Positions 30,424 through 40,063 of a stretch of 64,000 nt of DNA are shown piece by piece. Location of the stretch: positions 32,001 to 96,000 of the forward strand of contig CBFGTS010000006.1 in NCBI GenBank assembly GCA_965652295.1. Direction: 5' to 3'. A model generated the notes under the pieces. It searched no databases. It was not told the origin of the DNA and worked only from the letters and a program-made list of their open reading frames with translations. How positions within the stretch are numbered: position 1 is the stretch's first letter; each line of letters opens with the position of its first letter. Origin of the DNA: an uncultured Haloferula sp. (GTDB taxonomy: Bacteria; Verrucomicrobiota; Verrucomicrobiia; Verrucomicrobiales; Akkermansiaceae). The position numbers and the translations under genes were made by a program.

Positions 30424-30548
30424 AATTCTCCGGACCGCCGGGTATGAAACCGGCATCCATTCTTCCACACACTTCCGTTTCCGAAGCCACCACACAGCAA
30501 TCCCGCTTCCAGCCCTCTCGATAGGGCGATGCCGATTTCACCCTCGCC

Positions 30549-33377
30549 TCACCTCCCGGCCAACGCCCGGCCGGTCGGCGAATCGGGATTCGCCGCGAGT
30601 TCCGCGGGCGTGCCTACCGCCACCACCCGGCCGCCGCGCTTCCCGCCGCCGGGGCCCAGATCGATGACGTGATCGGCCGCGCGGACGACGTCGAGCTGGT
30701 GCTCCACCACCAGCACTGTGTGGCCCGCCTCGCGCAGGCCGCGGAAGGCTTTCAGCAGCCGTTCCACGTCACCGAAATGCAGGCCGGTCGTCGGTTCATC
30801 GAAAAAGTAAAACGTGTGCGGGGCTGCTGGTTTCGCCAGCTCCACCGAGAGCTTCAGCCGCTGCGCCTCGCCGCCGGAAAGCGTGTCCGCCGCCTGACCC
30901 AGCCGCAGGTAGCCGAGCCCCAGGTCCTCGATCACTCCCAGCAGCGGCGCGAGCTTCGGCACCACCGCGAACACTTGCCGTGCCTCGGAAACGGACAGCT
31001 CCAGCACATCGGCGATGCTCAGGCCCTTGAACGCCACCTCCAGCGTTTCGCGGTTGAAACGCCTCCCCCCGCAGGCCCCGCACGGCACCCAGGCATCGGG
31101 CAGGAAATGCATCTCGATCCTCAGCCGGCCCGCGCCCTCGCAGCGCTCGCAGCGGCCGCCACGCGTATTGAAGCTGAACCGGCCGGGACCATACCCGCGT
31201 TGGCGGGAAAGCGGCAGTTTCGCGAACATCGCGCGGATCAGGTCGAATGCTCCGGTGAATGTCGCCGGGTTCGAGCGCGGACTTCGGCCGATCGGCGACT
31301 GGTCCACGATCACCGCCTTTCCGATGTATTCGAAGCCATCGATGCCGTCGTGCTCGCCCGGCCGGTCCGTCGCGCCGTGGAAATGACGCCGCATCGCCCG
31401 CATCAGGATGTCGTCCGCCAGTGTCGATTTTCCACTACCGCTCGGCCCGCACAGGCAGGTGATCGTCCCCAGCGGGATCCTCACATCCACGTTCTTCAGG
31501 TTGTGCTCCCGCGCCCCCCGGATCACCAGGTCATTGCCCCAGTCCAGACTGCTCTTCACTCCCCGCTCCGCACTCCGCGTTCCGCACTCCAACCACGCCT
31601 TCGTCGGCGATCCCTCCACCTCCGCCATCGGTCCGTTCGCCAGCAAAAATCCGCCCTCCCTCCCCGCGCCCGGCCCCAGCTCCACCAGCCAGTCCGCCGC
31701 GCGGATCACCGCCTCGTCGTGTTCGACGACCACCACCGTGTTTCCCCGGTCGCGCAGCTCCTCCAGCGCCCCGATCAGCCGCCCGGTATCTTCCGCGTGG
31801 AGGCCGATGCTCGGTTCGTCCAAAACATACAGCACCCCCGTCAGCCCGCTGCCCAGCTGCGTCGCCAGCCGGATCCGCTGCGCCTCGCCGCCGGAAAGCG
31901 TGCCGCTCGCCCGGTCCAGTCCCAGATACCCCAGCCCCACGCGTTCCAAAAACGAGAGCCGCTCCTCCAGCTCGCTGACCAACCGTCCGCACACCTCCGC
32001 CCGATCCTGCGGCACCTGCACCCCCTGCAACCACACCAGCGCCTCTTCCACCGGCAAGCCGCAGAAATCCTGCACCCCGAGCCAACCGCCAGTCCCCTCG
32101 ATCCTCACCGCCAGCACTTCCGGCTTCAGCCGTTTTCCAGCGCACACCCGGCACGGCCGGTCCGCCATCACCCGCGCGACCCGTCGCCGCACCGCCTCAC
32201 TCGCCGCCGACCAGTACTTCCGCTCCGCCTCCACGCACAGGCCCTCGTATTTCTTCAACTGCGGTTTTTTCTCCGCGCCCATCTTCCACCCCGTCTCCAG
32301 TGTCCCGCCGGAGAAAAGCAACTCCTTCAGCTCCACCGGAAGCCCGGCGAACGCCACCCCTTCCACCCCGAACATCCGCTCCATCGCCTCCGCCTCCCGG
32401 GCGAACATCTTCTCCCGCTGCGACTTCGGCTTCCACCATCCTCGCACCGCCTCCGCCAACGGCTTTTCCGGATCGTCCACCAGCAGCGTCGGATCACAAA
32501 AACGCTCCGTGCCCAGCCCCTCGCACGCCGGACACGCCCCCAGATGCGAGTTGAACGAAAAATGCCGCGGGCTCAGCTCCCCGATCGTGAAGCCCGTCTT
32601 CGGATTCCGGTAGCTCGTCTGAAACGACCGCGCCTCCCACTCCGCCGACTCCGGTCGCTGGACGAGCACCCGCGACTCACTGCCGCAGATCCGCAGCGCC
32701 GTTTCCACCGAGTCCGCGATCCGCGACTCCGCTCCGCCGCGCACCACCAGCCGATCGACCACGATCTCCACCTCCCGCACCCGCTCCGGCCAGGCCGCCT
32801 CCACCTCATCCAGGTCCAGCATTTCCCCATCCACCCGGATCCGCACGAATCCCTGCCGCTTCAAATCCGCCACCAGCCGTGCCACCTCCGCCGCCTCCTC
32901 CCGCGGCACCGGAGCCAGCACCACCACCTTCGTCCCCTCCGGCTCCGCCGAAAGCGCCGCGACGATGTCCCCCGCACCCATCTTCTCCAGCCGCTCGCCC
33001 GTCGCCGGGTCATGCGGCGTCCCCGCCGCCGCCCACAGCACCCGCAGGTGCTCGTAGATCTCCGTCGCCGTCGCTACCGTCGATCGCGGATTCAGCCCGC
33101 CGCTCCGCTGCTCGATCGCGATTGCCGGGCTCAACCCCTCGATCGCATCCACGTCCGGCTTTTCCAGCTGATCGAGGAACTGCCGCGCATACGCCGAGAG
33201 CGACTCCACGAACCGCCGCTGCCCCTCCGCGAACAGCGTGTGAAACGCCAGCGACGATTTTCCGCTCCCGCTCGGCCCCGTCACCACCACCAGCTTCTCC
33301 CGCGGAATCTCCAGATCGAGGTTCCTCAAATTGTGCTGCCTCGCCCCACGAATCCGGATCACGGAAACGAGCTTCAA
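30549..33377 (-). CDS. uvrA: Excinuclease ABC subunit A
   Basis: [35 protein letters not shown], second [12 protein letters not shown], Zn-finger CxxC motifs; start is TTG 33377 or GTG 33362. Confidence 0.96.
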   Translation of the reverse strand: MKLVSVIRIRGARQHNLRNLDLEIPREKLVVVTGPSGSGKSSLAFHTLFAEGQRRFVESLSAYARQFLDQLEKPDVDAIEGLSPAIAIEQRSGGLNPRSTVATATEIYEHLRVLWAAAGTPHDPATGERLEKMGAGDIVAALSAEPEGTKVVVLAPVPREEAAEVARLVADLKRQGFVRIRVDGEMLDLDEVEAAWPERVREVEIVVDRLVVRGGAESRIADSVETALRICGSESRVLVQRPESAEWEARSFQTSYRNPKTGFTIGELSPRHFSFNSHLGACPACEGLGTERFCDPTLLVDDPEKPLAEAVRGWWKPKSQREKMFAREAEAMERMFGVEGVAFAGLPVELKELLFSGGTLETGWKMGAEKKPQLKKYEGLCVEAERKYWSAASEAVRRRVARVMADRPCRVCAGKRLKPEVLAVRIEGTGGWLGVQDFCGLPVEEALVWLQGVQVPQDRAEVCGRLVSELEERLSFLERVGLGYLGLDRASGTLSGGEAQRIRLATQLGSGLTGVLYVLDEPSIGLHAEDTGRLIGALEELRDRGNTVVVVEHDEAVIRAADWLVELGPGAGREGGFLLANGPMAEVEGSPTKAWLECGTRSAERGVKSSLDWGNDLVIRGAREHNLKNVDVRIPLGTITCLCGPSGSGKSTLADDILMRAMRRHFHGATDRPGEHDGIDGFEYIGKAVIVDQSPIGRSPRSNPATFTGAFDLIRAMFAKLPLSRQRGYGPGRFSFNTRGGRCERCEGAGRLRIEMHFLPDAWVPCGACGGRRFNRETLEVAFKGLSIADVLELSVSEARQVFAVVPKLAPLLGVIEDLGLGYLRLGQAADTLSGGEAQRLKLSVELAKPAAPHTFYFFDEPTTGLHFGDVERLLKAFRGLREAGHTVLVVEHQLDVVRAADHVIDLGPGGGKRGGRVVAVGTPAELAANPDSPTGRALAGR
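31559..31590. repeat. Tandem 7-bp units (YTCCGCR) inside uvrA
   Basis: ctccccg ctccgca ctccgcg ttccgca ctcc; encodes [10 protein letters not shown]. Confidence 0.8.
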
Positions 33378-33446
33378 GTTTCACGCGGGCAGTTTCAAGT
33401 GATGAGGTGGCGGGCTTGAAACTTGAATCTTGAACCTCGAAGCTTG
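33373..33446. repeat. Inverted array of 7-bp units (CTTGAAN) in the uvrA/trpF divergent gap
   Basis: Left arm ttcaagtttca...agtttcaagt; right arm cttgaaa cttgaat cttgaac ctcgaag cttg. Confidence 0.8.
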
Positions 33447-33450
33447 CCCC

Positions 33451-34083
33451 GTGCTCGCCCGATTCCTCGATCCCTCATTCTGCTCGCTGAAGATCTGCGG
33501 CGTCACCCTCGCCTCCGATGCGGAACAGCTCGCCGAACTCGGCGTCGATGCCCTCGGTGCCAATTTCTGGCCGCAATCGAAACGCTACCTCGATCCCGGA
33601 CACGCGGCCTTCTTGAAGGACCTCGCCGGCCGCATCCTCCGCGTCGGCGTCTTCGTCAACTCCGGGCCCGACCAGCCCCGCCGGCTTTTCGAGGACGGCT
33701 ACATCGACGCCGTCCAACTCCACGGCGATGAACCGGAAACCGACCTCCGTGCCCTCGCAGGGTCCGGCGTTCCCCTCATCCGCTCCGCCACCCTCGCCAA
33801 CGCCCACGTCCCCGAGGTCCCCGCCGCACTACTGCTCGATGCCCACGCTCCCGGTATTTACGGCGGCACCGGCCAGACCATCGATTGGACTGCCGCCGCC
33901 GACTTCATCCGCCAGCACCCCCGCCTCTCCGTGATCCTCGCCGGCGGCATCGTCCCCGCCAACGCCGCCGAAGCCATCCGCCTCGTCCGCCCCTGCGCCA
34001 TCGACACCGCCTCCGGAGCCGAGTCCTCCCCCGGCATCAAGGATTTCGAAAAAGTCCGCGCTCTTCAAAAGGCACTTTCCTGA
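33451..34083 (+). CDS. trpF: Phosphoribosylanthranilate isomerase
   Basis: LKICGV, VGVFVN, VQLHGDE, LLDA, GGTGQTIDW, LAGG, DTASGAESSPGIKD; start uncertain (GTG 33451). Confidence 0.93.
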   Translation: MLARFLDPSFCSLKICGVTLASDAEQLAELGVDALGANFWPQSKRYLDPGHAAFLKDLAGRILRVGVFVNSGPDQPRRLFEDGYIDAVQLHGDEPETDLRALAGSGVPLIRSATLANAHVPEVPAALLLDAHAPGIYGGTGQTIDWTAAADFIRQHPRLSVILAGGIVPANAAEAIRLVRPCAIDTASGAESSPGIKDFEKVRALQKALS

Positions 34084-34171
34084 TTTGGAACGCGAGCTTC
34101 AGAGGCTGCTGAAACCGCAATCCGCTTGCATCTACAGCCAAGAGGCGTTTGATTTCCCGCGCCACTCCTTC

Positions 34172-34597
34172 ATGCGCGGTTCTCCCATTTTTCGCACGTT
34201 CTTCCTCGTCCTCGGGCTCGCCCTCGCGGCCTTCGGCGTGCGTGAACTCACCCGCCCGGCCGCACCCGCTCCCCTCCGGGAAACTCCGGAGAAGGCTGCA
34301 GCCCCGGATCGGATTGAGATCCCCTTCGAGCTGACCCTCTCCGCTCCGGCCCGGGAAATCCTCATCGAATCTTCCGGCGACGCCCAATCGCTCGCCCCCG
34401 ACCGCCAGGTCCTCACCGGCACCCTTTTCGCCGAGGACGACCATCCCGCCATTTTCGTGACGATCCGCTGGGCGGAAAACGATGGCAGCCCGCGTTTCGC
34501 CAAGCTCCGTCTCGAACCGCCCGGCTCCGCCACCCGAACCAAAATCTTCGACGCCACCGGCGATCTCGAAGACGTCTGGGAACCCCACCTCCACTGA
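34172..34597 (+). CDS. Hypothetical membrane-anchored protein
   Basis: N-terminal TM helix, beta-rich domain, ends WEPHLH; 2 nt before the ABC ATPase. Confidence 0.7.
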   Translation: MRGSPIFRTFFLVLGLALAAFGVRELTRPAAPAPLRETPEKAAAPDRIEIPFELTLSAPAREILIESSGDAQSLAPDRQVLTGTLFAEDDHPAIFVTIRWAENDGSPRFAKLRLEPPGSATRTKIFDATGDLEDVWEPHLH

Positions 34598-34599
34598 TC

Positions 34600-35367
34600 T
34601 TGGCTTCCGACCCCCACGAGTGCTGCAAGCATCACGACCACCACCACGAGCTGGTCGTCACGGATCTCTGCGTCCGCTACCGCCGCGTCACCGCGCTCAA
34701 GGACGTGAACCTCGCCACCTCCTGTGGCACCCGCGTCGCCCTCATCGGGGCCAATGGTGCCGGCAAGTCCACCCTCATCAAGGCCATCGCCGGCCTCGTC
34801 CCCCGTGCGTCCGGCAGCATCCGGTGGCGCGGCACCGCCGTCCGCCGTTGGTCGCGCGAGTTCGCCTACCTGCCCCAGCGCGAGGAGGTCGATTGGTCGT
34901 TCCCCATCACCGTCCGCGGCCTCGTCGAGATGGGCCGCTACCCCCAGACCGGCATGTGGGGCCGTTTCACGGAAAAGGACGACGACGCCGTCGAGCAGGC
35001 CCTCGCCACGCTCGACCTGCTCGACCTCGCCGACCGCCAGATCCGGGAACTCTCCGGCGGTCAGCAGCAGCGCGCCTTCCTCGCCCGCTCGATCGCCCAG
35101 GAAGCCCACGTCCTCCTGCTCGACGAACCCTTCACCGGCCTCGACCGTCGCGCCTCGCTCCAGCTCGGAGAGACCCTCCGCGACCTCGCCCGCGAAGGTC
35201 GGCTCATCATCGCTTCCCACCACGACCTCAACACCGCCCGGCAGCTCTTCGACCAAGCCCTGCTTCTCGCCACCCGCCCCATCGCCTTCGGCCCCGCCGC
35301 GGAGGTCCTGACGGAGGAAAACCTCGCCCTCACCTTCGACGGGCCCTCTTCCCTGCCAGTGGCATGA
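34600..35367 (+). CDS. Zn/Mn ABC transporter ATP-binding protein (ZnuC-like)
   Basis: GANGAGKST, YLPQREEVDWSFPITV, LSGGQQQR, LLLDEP; His/Cys-rich N-terminus. Confidence 0.92.
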   Translation: MASDPHECCKHHDHHHELVVTDLCVRYRRVTALKDVNLATSCGTRVALIGANGAGKSTLIKAIAGLVPRASGSIRWRGTAVRRWSREFAYLPQREEVDWSFPITVRGLVEMGRYPQTGMWGRFTEKDDDAVEQALATLDLLDLADRQIRELSGGQQQRAFLARSIAQEAHVLLLDEPFTGLDRRASLQLGETLRDLAREGRLIIASHHDLNTARQLFDQALLLATRPIAFGPAAEVLTEENLALTFDGPSSLPVA

Positions 35368-35389
35368 CCAGAAGCCGCTCCATCTCCAC

Positions 35390-36226
35390 GTGAGCATTGA
35401 ACTACTAGACTCCCCGTTTTTCCAGCGCGCCCTCGCCGCCGCGCTCGTCATCGGCTTCGCGAATGGCTTCTTCAGCGGCTTCGTCGTGCTGCGCAAACAC
35501 GCCCTCTCCGTCAGCGCCCTTTCCCACACGATGCTTCCCGGGATCACGCTCGGTATCGTCGTCGCCGGCGCGCTCACCCAGGCCAGCGCCTTTCTCGGCG
35601 CGCTTTTCGCCGCCCTCATCGTCGGTCTCGGCTCCGTCGCCGTCGCCCGCGGAAACCGGATTTCCCAAGGAACCGCGCTCGCCGTCATCTACACCAGCGC
35701 CTTCGCCGCCGGCGTCGCCATCCTTCCCCGGCTCGATACCCGCCACGAGCTGGAGCACTGGCTTTTCGGCGATATCCTCGCCGTCGGCACCGGCGACCTG
35801 TGGATCGCCCTCGGCATCGGCGGCACCATGCTTCTCACCGCCAACCTCCTGATGCGGCCGCTGCTGCTCACCCTCTTCGAACCGAACGTCGCCGCCGCCC
35901 AGGGCGTCCCGGTACGAACCATGCAGTACTTGGTCTTCGGCCTGCTCGTCCTCTCGCTCGTCGCCTCGCTCCAAGCCGTCGGCTGCGTGCTCTCCGTCGG
36001 CCTGCTCGTCGCTCCCGCCGCCACCGTTTCGCTGCTGACCGATCGCACCTCGCTGCTCTTCTGGGGCGGCGGCCTGCTGGGAGCTTCGGGGGCCGTCGGC
36101 GGCGTCCTCCTCGCCGCCTCCACCAACCTCGCGCCCGGTCCCGTCATCGTCATGGTGCTCGGAGCCTGTTTCCTCCTCGCCTGGCTTTTCAGCCCCAAAT
36201 ACGGGGCCGCGTTGCGCAAGCGCTGA
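35390..36226 (+). CDS. Zn/Mn ABC transporter permease (ZnuB-like)
   Basis: ALSHTMLPG, LFGDIL, LQAVG..L...LLVAPAAT; multiple TM helices. Confidence 0.92.
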   Translation: MSIELLDSPFFQRALAAALVIGFANGFFSGFVVLRKHALSVSALSHTMLPGITLGIVVAGALTQASAFLGALFAALIVGLGSVAVARGNRISQGTALAVIYTSAFAAGVAILPRLDTRHELEHWLFGDILAVGTGDLWIALGIGGTMLLTANLLMRPLLLTLFEPNVAAAQGVPVRTMQYLVFGLLVLSLVASLQAVGCVLSVGLLVAPAATVSLLTDRTSLLFWGGGLLGASGAVGGVLLAASTNLAPGPVIVMVLGACFLLAWLFSPKYGAALRKR

Positions 36227-36303
36227 CCGCGGAACTGCGCATCAGCGGGCAGGTTTTCGGGCTTTCCATGGTCCGCACCTTCGGCGAAGTTCCCCGGCCG
36301 TTC

Positions 36304-36582
36304 ATGAAGCCCGCCCTCTTTTTCCTGCCGCTCGTCCTCGTTGCCTGTGCATCGAAGGAGGCCGTTGTGGAAGAGCCCGCTCCGGCCCCCACCCCGTCGG
36401 AGGAAATTACTCCAGCGGTCGTCGACGAAGCGCCGCAGGAGCCTCTTCCCGCTCCGGGCGAGGACTTGGGCCTGCTGGAGCCCGAGGAGCTGACCGCCAT
36501 GCCCGAAGACCGCGACATGCGCCCGACGGTCAATCCCGGCGAGGCAAACCCGATCATCGCCACGCCACCGGCCGGGCGGTGA
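36304..36582 (+). CDS. Small Pro/Glu-rich lipoprotein
   Basis: MKPALFFLPLVLVAC lipobox. Confidence 0.65.
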   Translation: MKPALFFLPLVLVACASKEAVVEEPAPAPTPSEEITPAVVDEAPQEPLPAPGEDLGLLEPEELTAMPEDRDMRPTVNPGEANPIIATPPAGR

Positions 36583-36939
36583 TCCGGCGGACCTGATCGA
36601 CCCACTCCGCGAAAACGTAATCGCCGGAATATCAAATTAGGTTAAATATTCACCTGCTTTCACGAATCAGCCCCCGAACCGATTCACGAAAGCGTCCGCA
36701 GGTCCGCCCGCGTTCTGCCAAACCTGTTCCCACAGGCCGCATTCCTCGTTTTGTTCCCACAGATCATTCGGCACCCCGCTTCCGGAAAACCTCTCCTCGA
36801 GGCCCAGGAGCGGGGTTCGATGTTTCAGCGTCTCACGTTTCCCGGAAACGCCTCGCCGATCACCGCAGCTCCCCCTCGATCAGGAGCCGCCGGGCGTGGC
36901 GGAAGCAAGATCAGGAATCGATCCGCGTATGCGTGAGGG

Positions 36940-39366
36940 ATGTCGAGTAGGTCCATCATCGTCACCCATGTCTCCCTGATCGCCGGTGCCCTGACCGCAG
37001 CGGGCGAGGAGAAGGTGTCCTATGACGACCACATTTTCCCTCTTTTCGAACAGTCGTGCCTGAACTGCCACAACCCGGACAAGACCAAGGGCGGACTCGA
37101 TCTTTCCTCCTACAGCGGTGCGATGAAGGGCGGCTCGGGCGGAAAGATCGCCGAGGCGGGCGACCTGGACTCGAAACTCCTCGTCGTGGTCAGGCAGACC
37201 TCCGAACCGAAAATGCCGCCGGAAGGTGACAAGCTCGGCGACGACAAGATCGCCCTGCTGAAATCGTGGATCGAGGGCGGCCTGCTGGAAAACCAGTCGT
37301 CCACGGCGAAGAAGCCCTCGAAACCGAAGTTCGACCTCGCCATGTCCGCCGATCCGACGGCCAAACCGGACGGCCCACCGCCGATGCCGCAGCATGTCCT
37401 GCTGGAGCCGGAAGTCGTCGCCGATCGCGCCGCCGCCGTGCAAGCGATGGCGACCTCGCCATGGGCACCGCTGCTCGCCGTCACGGGACAAAGGCAGGTG
37501 CTGCTGTTTGATACTGGAGGCCTCGTACTAGCCGGCGTGCTGCCGTTTCCGGAAGGCGATCCAACCTCGCTCGCCTTCACTTCCAACGGTCGCTATCTCA
37601 TCGTCGGCGGTGGCATCCCGGGAAAATCCGGCCTCACGGCGACCTTCGACGTCACCACCGGGGAGCGCCTGATGACCATCGCCAAGGAGTTCGATACCAT
37701 CCTCGCCTGCGATCTGCGGCCGGAACTCGACGCTGTGGCCACCGGATCGCCTTCGCGCCGTATCAAATTCTGGAAAACCGACGACGGCTCGCAAGTCACC
37801 TCCATCAAGAAGCACACCGACTGGGTGACCGCGCTCGACTTCTCTCCGGATGGCGTGCTGCTGGCTACCGGCGACCGCAATGGCGGCGTGTGGGCCTGGG
37901 AGGCCGCGACCGGCAACGAATTCCACACCCTGCGCGCGCACCAGGCCGGGATCACCGCGGTGGCCTTCCGTGCGGACTCGAACGTGCTCGCCTCCGCCTC
38001 GGAGGACGGCACGGTGCGTTTTTGGGAAATGAACAACGGCGGGGAAATCCGGAAGATCGACGCCCACCCCGGCGGTGCGCTCGGTTTCTCCTGGGCGCGC
38101 GATGGCTCCTTCGCCACCTGCGGGCGGGATGGAAAAGCGAAGCTGTGGAAGCCGGATTTCAATCATCGCCGCGACATCGGCGAACTGCCCGATCTACCGG
38201 TGACCATCGCACTGGCTGCCGATGGCAAACGCGCCTTCATCGCCTGCTACAACGGCCAGGTGCTGGTGCACGACGTGGAGAGCGGGAACAGGATCGGCGG
38301 TTTCGACTCGAATCCTCCAGCGATCGAAACCCGCCTGATCGCCCTGCGCGAGGACCTCGACCAGCAGCCCCAGCGGATTGCCGAAGCCACCCGGGCGCGG
38401 GACGAAGCCCGGCGGTTGGCGGATGAAGCGCGCTTGTCGCTGGCAGCCCTGGAACAGAGGAGAACCAAATCCGATGCAAAAGCCGCGGAAGCCGACCGGC
38501 TGCATCAGGAGAAACGGGCGGAACTCGATACCCGTCAGGCCGAACTCGAACCGCTGGCCAAGGAACACGACGCCCTCTCGCAAGCCGTCGCCGAGGCCGG
38601 CCGCCAGTCGGACGAAAAGCGGGCTGCGCTTGCTTCCCTAATGACTTCTCTTGAGGACGCACGCATACGCGTGACCGCCACAGAGCAGGACACTCCGGAG
38701 TTCGATGTTTCCCAGCAGGAGCTTTCCGACCTTGAGCGGCAACATCGCGAAACGTCCGAACAGCTCGCCTCCTTGGAAGCCCGGCGTCAGGCTTCGCAAC
38801 AGCAGCTCGGCGAGCTGAACCCGCGAATCACCGGCCTGGAGGCACAGCTTGACACGACGAAGCAGTCGGTGGACGAGAGTCATCGGGCGCTGGAAGCCTC
38901 CAAGACGGAAGCGGAGGACACTCGGAAGGAGCTGGAGGCAAAAAGCAACGAATTCGAGCAGCGGCGAAAATCACTGGAGGAGCAGGAAGCCAGGCTCACC
39001 TCGGAAACGAAACGCCTCGAAGCGCTGCGCCGCGACCAAGCTCGCTGGGCGTCGGCCGCGATCAGCACGCAAGCCCTCCGGACCCGGGCCGAAGCAGCCA
39101 CTGCCATGACCGCCGCGGAAGATCTCGCCCGACAATTCGATGCCGCCCAATCCGGGTTCCAAGCCTTGGTGACGTCGCTTCAAGCCGCGCGCGCCGCGGG
39201 CGAGGCGGAGGTTCACAGACGGGAAGAGGGGCTCCGGCAGGCGGAGTCCGATCTGATGAAACTGGGCAAACGCGTCGGCGAGGCGCTTTCCGAGGCCGAT
39301 CGTCTCCAGCGGGAGGCCGACCGTTTGCAATCCGAATACCGAGCCTCGCTGGGACGACCGGAATAG
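36940..39366 (+). CDS. Planctomycete-type cytochrome c + WD40 repeats + long coiled coil
   Basis: CLNCHN, KMPP, WIEGG; WD40 repeats (HTDWVTALDFSPDG, LASASEDGTVRFW); ~350 aa heptad-rich C-terminus. Confidence 0.85.
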   Translation: MSSRSIIVTHVSLIAGALTAAGEEKVSYDDHIFPLFEQSCLNCHNPDKTKGGLDLSSYSGAMKGGSGGKIAEAGDLDSKLLVVVRQTSEPKMPPEGDKLGDDKIALLKSWIEGGLLENQSSTAKKPSKPKFDLAMSADPTAKPDGPPPMPQHVLLEPEVVADRAAAVQAMATSPWAPLLAVTGQRQVLLFDTGGLVLAGVLPFPEGDPTSLAFTSNGRYLIVGGGIPGKSGLTATFDVTTGERLMTIAKEFDTILACDLRPELDAVATGSPSRRIKFWKTDDGSQVTSIKKHTDWVTALDFSPDGVLLATGDRNGGVWAWEAATGNEFHTLRAHQAGITAVAFRADSNVLASASEDGTVRFWEMNNGGEIRKIDAHPGGALGFSWARDGSFATCGRDGKAKLWKPDFNHRRDIGELPDLPVTIALAADGKRAFIACYNGQVLVHDVESGNRIGGFDSNPPAIETRLIALREDLDQQPQRIAEATRARDEARRLADEARLSLAALEQRRTKSDAKAAEADRLHQEKRAELDTRQAELEPLAKEHDALSQAVAEAGRQSDEKRAALASLMTSLEDARIRVTATEQDTPEFDVSQQELSDLERQHRETSEQLASLEARRQASQQQLGELNPRITGLEAQLDTTKQSVDESHRALEASKTEAEDTRKELEAKSNEFEQRRKSLEEQEARLTSETKRLEALRRDQARWASAAISTQALRTRAEAATAMTAAEDLARQFDAAQSGFQALVTSLQAARAAGEAEVHRREEGLRQAESDLMKLGKRVGEALSEADRLQREADRLQSEYRASLGRPE

Positions 39367-39374
39367 CCGCCGCT

Positions 39375-40046
39375 TCAAGCGCCTTGGGGCGACGGAGTAA
39401 CCGGCTCGTCGATGGCCCGGTAAGTGACCTTTCCGGTTTCCGGATTCACAAAGAAAAAGATATACGAGCGGATGCCCTTGTCGATCGGCCAGCGGGTTTT
39501 GCTGATCGTGCGGTCCCCGGTTTCCTCGCGGACCCCGAAGCCGACGTTGTAGTATTTCCCGTTCACCGGACCCTTGGGTCTCAGGAACGTGCCCTTTCCC
39601 GGAAGGAGGGCGAAGCGGGCGTCACCCACATATCCCATCACGCCTTTGTTCGAGTGGTTGTGGAAATACACATCTCCGATTTTGAATTTCTCGTTCACCG
39701 CGGGGATCACCACGGATTCGTAACCGCCTTCTTTGGACGGGAGGAGGAGAACGATGAACTGATCTCCCTCTTCGGGGAGTTCCACTTTCGCCAGCTCAGT
39801 GGCGGCGTCCGCCGGCTTCAGTCCGAAGCTTCGCGCGGGAGCCTTGATCGGTTCGCTCACATGATTGACCGGAAGCACGAAAGGATCGCTCGTCTTTTCA
39901 CCCGCCACCAACACCACCGCTCCCAGGTCCTTCGGAGTGCGTTCGGCCAACAGCCTTACCTGGAGCCCTTTCCCGCCCGCTGTCTGAGCACTCAGGGGCG
40001 TGGTCAACAATGCGGAAAACAACAAGGCGAAGAGGAATCGGAACAT
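39375..40046 (-). CDS. Secreted hypothetical protein downstream of the PilX-like gene
   Basis: Signal peptide MFRFLFALLFSALLTTPLSA; 17 nt after the upstream stop. Confidence 0.75.
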   Translation of the reverse strand: MFRFLFALLFSALLTTPLSAQTAGGKGLQVRLLAERTPKDLGAVVLVAGEKTSDPFVLPVNHVSEPIKAPARSFGLKPADAATELAKVELPEEGDQFIVLLLPSKEGGYESVVIPAVNEKFKIGDVYFHNHSNKGVMGYVGDARFALLPGKGTFLRPKGPVNGKYYNVGFGVREETGDRTISKTRWPIDKGIRSYIFFFVNPETGKVTYRAIDEPVTPSPQGA

Positions 40047-40063
40047 GATTTGGGAATCTAGGC

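Noticed and set aside
30669..33419. 916-aa plus-strand ORF
   Set aside because: Antisense shadow of uvrA; Arg/Pro/His-rich with no motifs, expected in high-GC DNA
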